From contig VGQX01000001.1 of the NCBI GenBank assembly GCA_016882305.1, positions 2,548 through 66,547 on the forward strand: a stretch of 64,000 nucleotides of DNA, in the 5' to 3' direction. The position numbers and the translations under genes are program-made. This DNA is from Cyanobacteria bacterium K_Offshore_surface_m2_239 (GTDB lineage: Bacteria > Cyanobacteriota > Cyanobacteriia > PCC-6307 > Cyanobiaceae). The notes beneath the pieces were generated by a model. That model saw only the letters and a list, made by a program, of their open reading frames with translations, ran no database searches and was not told the DNA's origin. Of this stretch, positions 59,324 to 64,000 are shown piece by piece (within the stretch, counting starts at the first letter, position 1; each line of letters begins with the position of its first letter).

Positions 59324-60271
59324 TCAGACGATCCCCTCAGCCGCCTGCACTTTCTCCACCTGGCGCTTCTTGAGCACCAAGAGGATCTGGGCCAGGGCCA
59401 CAGCCCCGAGGAACGCCAGCAAGCCGTAAATGCGAACGGGGTTCTGCAACACGACTTCCGCGTCCACCTGGCCGAAGCCGCCCACGTTCGGATCATTGGT
59501 GAGGGGTGCGCCAGCCTCGACGCTGTCACCGACCTTGACGAGGAGGGTGGGACCAGCGGGAACGGTCTCGCTCACCGTGCTGCCATCGGCTTTGGTGATC
59601 TCCACCACCTGCGCGCCCTTCTCACCCTCGGTGATGGAGGCGATGCTGCCGCCCGCTGGTGCGGTGAAGACGCCGTTGTTGCTCTTCTCACCGGTCGGAT
59701 AGACCTGGCCCCGGCCACGGTTGCCGCCCACATGCAACTGATATTTGCCGAAGTGGATGGAGCTGTCGCTGGCGGGATCGGGGGACAGAACCGGGAAGAC
59801 GATGGTCTGGTGCTGGTCGCCGGGCAGGGGGCCGACCAGCAGGATGTTGGGCTGGCTGTCGCTGTATTGGGTGTAGTAGATGCCGGCGGTTTCCTCCTTC
59901 AGCTCCTCGCTCAGGCGCTCGGGCGGTGCGAGGGTGAAGCCCTCCGGCAGCATCACCACAGCGCCCACGTTCAATCCCGCGGGGCTGCCGTCGCCGGACA
60001 CCTGTTTCACAGCGGTGTCATAGGGGATCTGGACCTCGGCCTTGAATACCGTGTCCGGGAAGACCGCCTGAGGCACCTCGACGCGGGTGGCCTTCTTGGC
60101 CAGATGGCAGTTGGCGCAAACCAACTTGCCGGTGGCTTCGCGGGGGGAGGCGTAATTCTGCTGCGCCCAGAAGGGATAGGCCCAGCTGGGCGTGGCGCCA
60201 GCGAGGAGAACCCCGAGAGCCAGGGAGAGGGAGACAAGGCTGCCGAAGACGGCCTGGAGGGAACGACGCAT
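59324..60271 (-). CDS. petA: cytochrome f (apocytochrome f precursor)
   Basis: 315 aa from the internal ATG (MRRSLQAVF signal). Mature N-terminus YPFWAQQNY, heme site CANCHLA, C-terminal TM anchor. Confidence 0.97.
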   Translation of the reverse strand: MRRSLQAVFGSLVSLSLALGVLLAGATPSWAYPFWAQQNYASPREATGKLVCANCHLAKKATRVEVPQAVFPDTVFKAEVQIPYDTAVKQVSGDGSPAGLNVGAVVMLPEGFTLAPPERLSEELKEETAGIYYTQYSDSQPNILLVGPLPGDQHQTIVFPVLSPDPASDSSIHFGKYQLHVGGNRGRGQVYPTGEKSNNGVFTAPAGGSIASITEGEKGAQVVEITKADGSTVSETVPAGPTLLVKVGDSVEAGAPLTNDPNVGGFGQVDAEVVLQNPVRIYGLLAFLGAVALAQILLVLKKRQVEKVQAAEGIV

Positions 60272-60330
60272 GGGGAGAACGGCGAAAGCTGGCGAACGGG
60301 AGAGCGAAGGAGCGGCAGAGCTGGCGGAGC

Positions 60331-60879
60331 TCAAGCCCACCAGGGGGCATCGCCGGTGCGGAAGTCGGTTTCCGACCACTGGCTCACAAACACCGTGTCG
60401 TTCTCCACGTTGACGTGGGCCAGGGCCAGGGAGAGAGGAGCGGGTCCGCGCACCACCTTCCCCGTCGCGTCGTACTGGCTGCCATGGCATGGGCACATGA
60501 ATTTGTTGGCGCCGCTGTTCCAGGGGACGACACAACCGAGATGGGTGCAGATCGCGTTGATGCCGTAGGAACCGATCGCCTCGGGACCCTCGACGATCAG
60601 ATAGGTGGGATCGCCCTTGAGACCTTGCACCAGGCTGCGATCGCCCTCTTTGTGGCTTGCCAACCAGCCGCTGGCGGTGACCGTGTTGCCCAGCTCATCC
60701 TTTGCGGTGGTGCCCCCGCCGGAACCCGCGGCCTTGGGGGGGATGAAGTAGTTCACCACCGGATAGAGCGCACCGAGGGTGACGCCCGTGATGGTGCCGA
60801 AGGTGAGCAGATTCATGAACTGCCGGCGACCCATGCCGGGCACGTCACCACCAGGAGAAGTTGCGGGAAACTGAGTCAT
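60331..60879 (-). CDS. petC: cytochrome b6-f complex Rieske iron-sulfur subunit
   Basis: 182 aa. Tat-like RRQFMN, and Rieske boxes CTHLGCV and CPCHGS. Confidence 0.97.
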   Translation of the reverse strand: MTQFPATSPGGDVPGMGRRQFMNLLTFGTITGVTLGALYPVVNYFIPPKAAGSGGGTTAKDELGNTVTASGWLASHKEGDRSLVQGLKGDPTYLIVEGPEAIGSYGINAICTHLGCVVPWNSGANKFMCPCHGSQYDATGKVVRGPAPLSLALAHVNVENDTVFVSQWSETDFRTGDAPWWA

Positions 60880-61075
60880 CTGGCCGTTCCGGAGACGTCA
60901 GGCATGGCCCAGCCATTATGAACTGTGCCCGGCCGGGGTCGGGGGCAAAGGGCGGCCGCGGATGGAAGGCTTCATGGTTCGAAGGGTCTTCGCTGCAAAG
61001 GGACGGCACAAACGCGGCGGCGCGCGGAGCGAAGGCTCCCTTCAAAATGGACTACCTCCCGATTCCCCCTCTCCC

Positions 61076-61408
61076 ATGGCCGAGCCCGAGGTGGTCCTCA
61101 CGGCCACGGAGCTGCTGCAGCTCCTGCGCGAGCGGTGGCGGGCGTCCTACGACCTCCGGCTCGTGCAGCGCCAGGGACGGCTCTACTTCCAAGTCATGTG
61201 GGGCCATCTGGAGCAGCAGTCGTTTCCGCTCACGCCCGGGGGCTACAGCGAACGGCTGGCGGAGGTGGCGGCCACGCTCAATGCCCTCGGCGCGGCCGAG
61301 CAGGTGCGCGCCTGGCTGAAGACCACGCGCGACAAGCCGCGCATCGGCCGTGCCCTGTCCCTGGCCTTGAGCGTTCCCAGCGCCCGGGCGGTGGAGTTTC
61401 TTCTCTGA
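61076..61408 (+). CDS. DUF3067 family protein
   Basis: 110 aa from the internal ATG (MAEPEVVLTATELLQLLRERWRASYDLRLVQRQGRLYFQVMWGHLEQQSFPL). Conserved cyanobacterial/plastid family pattern. Confidence 0.65.
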   Translation: MAEPEVVLTATELLQLLRERWRASYDLRLVQRQGRLYFQVMWGHLEQQSFPLTPGGYSERLAEVAATLNALGAAEQVRAWLKTTRDKPRIGRALSLALSVPSARAVEFLL

Positions 61409-61430
61409 AGCCCTCTCCAGCGGCGTGGGT

Positions 61431-62318
61431 TCAAGCCCGCGCGGAGGCGTCCGAGGGGCTGCGCGGCTGCCCCAGGGCCACCAAAGCCACCCCCACCAGG
61501 TAGAGCAGCGTGATCGCTCCGGAGAGCAGGAGCATGGTGATCGGGTCTGTCGAGGGGGTGAGCACCGCCCCGGCCAGGGCGCTGGCCAGCACCACCCACC
61601 GCCAGGCCCCCAGCATGGTGCGGGCGTCGATCAGGCCCAGAGCACCGAGCACGAGCTGCAAGACGGGCAGCTGGAAGGCCAGGGCCGTGGCCACCATCAA
61701 CACCAACACAAAGTCGAGATAGCGCTCGATCGACCAGAGAGGCTCCACCACATCCGCCCCGTAACTCACCAGAAAGCGCAAGGCCGCCGGCACCAAGGCC
61801 CACCAGGCGAAGGCGAGCCCGGCGAAAAAGAGCACGCTGGACCCCGCCACGGCGGGCGCCAGCAGGCGACGCTCCCGCCGCGTGAGCCCCGGCAGCACGA
61901 AGGCCAAACCCTCGAACAACCACCACGGCAAGGCGAGCACCAGGCCCGCGTAGCCGGCCACCTTCAAGGAAACGAAGAAGAATTCCCCCGGGGCGAGTTG
62001 CAAAAAGCGGATGCCAGCCGCGGGTTGCTCCAGCAACCGCACCAGCGGCCGCACGACCACCACGGCCCCGGCCGCGGCCACCACCAGCGCCAGCAGACCG
62101 CGCAAGATGCGCCGGCGGAGCTCCTCCAGATGCTCCACGAAGCTCATCTCCACCTCGCCAGGACAAGCGTCATCCGCCAATGGGTCGCTCCCCCAGGGGG
62201 CGGCCCCGGGGACGGGAGCCAGGGGGATGGCCGAGGCGGCGGCATCCACCGGGGTGGATGCCGCGCGGACGGGATCCGCGGAGCTGGCTGGGAGGGGGGC
62301 CTCAGGAAGGGATGTCAC
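61431..62318 (-). CDS. tatC: Sec-independent protein translocase TatC
   Basis: 295-aa ORF. EMSFVEHLEELRRRIL, six TM helices, LTPSTDPITM. The N-terminal ~55 aa is Pro/Ala-rich and the start is uncertain. Confidence 0.9.
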   Translation of the reverse strand: MTSLPEAPLPASSADPVRAASTPVDAAASAIPLAPVPGAAPWGSDPLADDACPGEVEMSFVEHLEELRRRILRGLLALVVAAAGAVVVVRPLVRLLEQPAAGIRFLQLAPGEFFFVSLKVAGYAGLVLALPWWLFEGLAFVLPGLTRRERRLLAPAVAGSSVLFFAGLAFAWWALVPAALRFLVSYGADVVEPLWSIERYLDFVLVLMVATALAFQLPVLQLVLGALGLIDARTMLGAWRWVVLASALAGAVLTPSTDPITMLLLSGAITLLYLVGVALVALGQPRSPSDASARA

Positions 62319-62327
62319 CGCTTGAGC

Positions 62328-64000
62328 TTAGGAACCCGCCAGGAGGGCGCGAGCCCGATCCGGTTGCCCCCACAGAATCTCGCCGCCGCGATGGCGCACC
62401 GTGCCTGGTTCGGCTCCCGGCAGCCGCTGCAGCCCCTCCACCGGCACCATCACCACGGGCACCCGGGCATTGCCCCGCCCGCGGCTGAAATGGGCAGCCA
62501 GGTCGGCCGCCGCCGCCAGGTCAGCCGCGTCGGCGACCCCGGCCGAGGCCTTCAACACCACGTGGCTGCCCGGTATTTCCTGGGCATGAAACCAGAGATC
62601 GCCGCGGCGGGCCTGGCGAAGGCTGATCCAGTCGTTCTGGCGATGGTTGCGCCCCACCTGGAGGCTCAGCCCGGAGGGGGAGCGCAGCTCCAGCGGACGG
62701 GGCGCCTCCGCCGGGTGGTCGCCCCGGGGGCGGGTGGCCCGCCGCGCGCTGGCGCGACCGCGGGGCTCCAGCCGCTCCAGGTCCTCCTCCAGGGCGGCCA
62801 GCGGGTCGGCCCGCTCGGCCTGCTCCACATAGACCTGCGCCTCCTCCAGCCAGGCCAGCCGCTGGCGATGGGCCTCCAGGCGGGGCTGGATGATCGCCAC
62901 GGAACGGCGTTGCCGGCGCGCCCGCTTGTAGAGCGTCTGGGCTTCCTGGATCTGCTCCTTGCTCGGGCTTGGCAGGCAGAGGAGGGCGTCCCCCCGCTGT
63001 TGCAGCGCGTCGCTGTCGGCGGCCAGCAGGAGCAGCGCCTCCTGCTCGGCCAGCTGGCGCCGCTCGCGTCGCTCCAGCCCCGCCAGGCGCTGCCGCAGGG
63101 TGTCGCGGCGGCGCTCCAGGTGTCGGGCGTCGAGCCAGGCGCGGGTGGCGCCGGCCAGGGCGCTGTTCAGGGCCAGGTTCCCCGGGGGGGAGGCCTCACC
63201 GGCGGGCTCGTCGTCGGCGGCCCAGCAGCGAACGCCCCCGTCCGGGGTCGCGCGCGGGGTGAAGCGCTCGTGCTCCACCGCCGTTAGCCAGGCCTGCCAG
63301 CGACGCCAGAGCCGCTCCCAGTCGTCCTCACCCAGCCGCCCCACCAACCGATCCGGCGGCAGAGCCTCTCCACCTCCGGGGGCCGCCGCGAGAAGCTGAC
63401 GCACCAGGGCCGGGCTGAGGCCTTGGTAGGCCTCCAGCAGGGCCTCCGCAACGGGCAGGGGGAGAGTGAGCAGACGCCGCCGCCAGCGCTCGCGGGGTTC
63501 CGTGGAGCGGGGGGCCTCGCCTTGCAAGGGGGGCGGCGGGCTGTAGGGATCACCGGTGCCGATCGGCCGCCAACGGGACTGGTTCGGTCGCACCTGACGC
63601 GCCAGGGCGATCACCTCCCGCTGGGCGTTGAGAAGGAACAGATTGCTGTGTCGACCCATCAGCTCCACCACCAGATGACGACGTGGCGCCTCCCCCGGGC
63701 GGGGCGCGAAGTCGAAGCGCACCACCCGCTCCCAGTCCCGCTGATCGATGGCCACCAGGGCCAGGCCCCGCAAGGCATGCTGCACCTGGGCGGCGAGGGT
63801 GCTGCCCTCCCCCTCTCGCGGCGGGGGGGGAATCGCCAGCAGGCGGGGGGCCTCCGCCAACCAGCTGAGTTCCAGCCACTGCAAGCCGCCGAGGTGGCGC
63901 AGGGCGAGTTGCAAGGTCTGTCCATCCGGCTGCTGCGCTTTCTCAAAACGGCTGGGCACCAGCACGGCGCGCAGCTCCGCCACAAGGGCGCGCAGGGTGG
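62328..64000 (-). CDS. NFACT-family RNA-binding protein (RqcH/FbpA-like, DUF814), 5' end beyond window
   Basis: NFACT-N pattern (FEKAQQPDGQTLQLAL, LVVELMGRHSNLFLL), coiled-coil middle, and DUF814 C-terminus (DLWFHAQEIPGSHVVLK). The frame stays open to the window edge (TLRALVAELRAV), so the true start is probably beyond 64000. Confidence 0.8.
   Translation of the reverse strand, partial: TLRALVAELRAVLVPSRFEKAQQPDGQTLQLALRHLGGLQWLELSWLAEAPRLLAIPPPPREGEGSTLAAQVQHALRGLALVAIDQRDWERVVRFDFAPRPGEAPRRHLVVELMGRHSNLFLLNAQREVIALARQVRPNQSRWRPIGTGDPYSPPPPLQGEAPRSTEPRERWRRRLLTLPLPVAEALLEAYQGLSPALVRQLLAAAPGGGEALPPDRLVGRLGEDDWERLWRRWQAWLTAVEHERFTPRATPDGGVRCWAADDEPAGEASPPGNLALNSALAGATRAWLDARHLERRRDTLRQRLAGLERRERRQLAEQEALLLLAADSDALQQRGDALLCLPSPSKEQIQEAQTLYKRARRQRRSVAIIQPRLEAHRQRLAWLEEAQVYVEQAERADPLAALEEDLERLEPRGRASARRATRPRGDHPAEAPRPLELRSPSGLSLQVGRNHRQNDWISLRQARRGDLWFHAQEIPGSHVVLKASAGVADAADLAAAADLAAHFSRGRGNARVPVVMVPVEGLQRLPGAEPGTVRHRGGEILWGQPDRARALLAGS

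Overview
High-GC picocyanobacterial chromosome segment. Many 60-nt lines are visibly about 65-80% G+C. Gene content is of the Synechococcus/Cyanobium type: ndhB, petC-petA, ctaCDE plus ctaA-ctaB, vipp1, cyAbrB, and CpcS- and CpcT-family lyase genes.

I resolve about 68 protein-coding genes and one tRNA-Val(CAC). Packing is very tight: many same-strand neighbours overlap by 1-8 nt, and several convergent pairs overlap by 24-74 nt. Most genes are core housekeeping, in these groups:
- Respiration and photosynthesis: NDH-1, aa3 cytochrome oxidase, cytochrome b6f.
- Cofactor pathways: ribE/ribF, thiE/thiS, ispD/ispF, cobL/cobM/CobT-like, larB, birA, nadK.
- Translation and quality control: pheS, trmD, era, an NFACT/RqcH-like protein.
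- Envelope: lgt, ldcA, an M23 peptidase, tatC, an MscS-family channel.

I see no CRISPR array, transposase, integrase, phage gene or recognisable defence gene. The many long antisense ORFs in the track are stop-codon-poor high-GC artefacts.

I do not find a clear, self-contained novel multi-gene system. The best leads are:
1. A cyAbrB-N-terminal-type domain encoded in frame upstream of the pheS core.
2. Two structured non-coding blocks of about 230 nt flanking tRNA-Val, one forming the mqo leader.
3. A CpcT-type lyase domain fused to an extra C-terminal domain.
4. nadK translationally coupled to an OmpR-type regulator whose receiver lacks the phospho-acceptor residues.
5. A TIGR03792-type gene coupled to larB.
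6. A chain of overlapping genes after topA: lipoprotein, DUF2232, CobT-like, binding-protein-like lipoprotein.
7. A compositional trough over ctaCDE.

All functional calls rest on reading the translated ORFs against remembered family motifs. No database search was run.
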